Below are positions 63,242-64,000 of a stretch of 64,000 nucleotides of DNA, piece by piece. Position numbers and translations under genes: made by a program. The stretch is from Podarcis vaucheri (lineage: Eukaryota): the NCBI GenBank assembly GCA_965113315.1, contig OZ220382.1. One strand, written 5' to 3'. The notes under the pieces are model-generated. The model saw only the letters and a list, made by a program, of their open reading frames with translations. It did no database searches and had not been told where the DNA came from. Position 1 is the stretch's first letter. Each line of letters opens with the position of its first letter.

Positions 63242-64000
63242 TACCGCCCTATCCCCGGAGGTCTCAGGGCGGTTCAACTTGGGTTCTGCTTTTCAAAAAC
63301 AAAGATCCTTCCTAAGCAGCTTATTCTCATAAGATTTCAAACCCCCAAAATACGGTAAAAGAACAACCACAAAATCTCATAAACAAAATCACATAAAATT
63401 AGAAATGTTAAACACCTAAAACAAACAGAACGGCACCATTATCTATTTGTCTTTTAGATGTAACCAGCAGCCTAACATCTTGAAATCTCAATTGCAGCTC
63501 CATTTTGCCCTCCGCAAACGGATGCTGCCTCCTACATATGTCAGACCCCCTAAGATAAGGGATCTTTGAGCAAACAAAAACTACTTATAATAATGTCTTG
63601 GCCCTCTGCACATGCAAAGCACCCTGGAGAACAATAGTACCATTCTATATGTCTCTACACAGAAGTAAGTTCTGTTATTGTCAGTGGGGCTCAGCTTGCA
63701 GGCTACCCACCTGCTGAACCCTCTGGGACACCACAAAGCCTTGAGGAAAGTCAAGGTAAAAACATTTGTGGGGTTGCATGCTTCCGAGTGTTAGACTACC
63801 CATACTGGAAATAGAATTGAAATAAACTCAGAGGTCGCTTAGCCTAACCCACTGCTCAGAGCAGGAACTGCAATGGACAACATCTCTGGCAGCTGGCCAT
63901 CCAGCTTCTGTTCAGATACGTACCTCCAGTGACACAGAGACCCACCCTCCTCCCAAGGCAGATGGTCCCACCACAACATCTCCTTCCGTTTCTCAAGGCT

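Noticed and set aside
56835-64000. Upstream LHX6 exons (LIM1, N-terminus)
   Set aside because: No WHVRCLECSVC-like sequence in the ORF track or by eye; these exons probably lie beyond the window end.

Overview
Vertebrate genomic DNA, not prokaryotic. It is most likely from a lacertid lizard, inferred from the Podarcis-type Sauria SINEs and the CR1/L2/hAT/Tigger repeat mix. The window holds the conserved NDUFA8-MORN5-LHX6 block. NDUFA8 is complete (minus strand, 4 coding exons, 171 aa). MORN5 is complete (plus strand, 5 coding exons, 172 aa) and sits head-to-head with NDUFA8 across a ~425-bp CpG-island promoter. The last six coding exons of LHX6 lie on the minus strand (LIM2, homeodomain, C-terminus); its LIM1 and 5' exons were not found in the window. 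All exon junctions were checked by hand for AG/GT ends and phase continuity. Introns contain a near-intact CR1 LINE, L1 and L2 fragments, Sauria, tRNA-Lys and MIR-like SINEs, and many hAT and Tc1/mariner MITEs with visible target-site duplications (TSDs). I see no evidence for a wholly new biological system. The best leads are: an isolated gamma-retroviral RT fragment beside the promoter; a split NRF1/RFX bidirectional promoter; a probable bidirectional poly(A) site shared by MORN5 and LHX6; a candidate cryptic MORN5 exon whose donor is sequestered in a MITE hairpin; a dual-frame last exon of LHX6; a CpG-rich hAT MITE that may carry captured sequence; and two hATs stacked at one target site. 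Comparisons with human or MLV sequences are from memory, not database searches.
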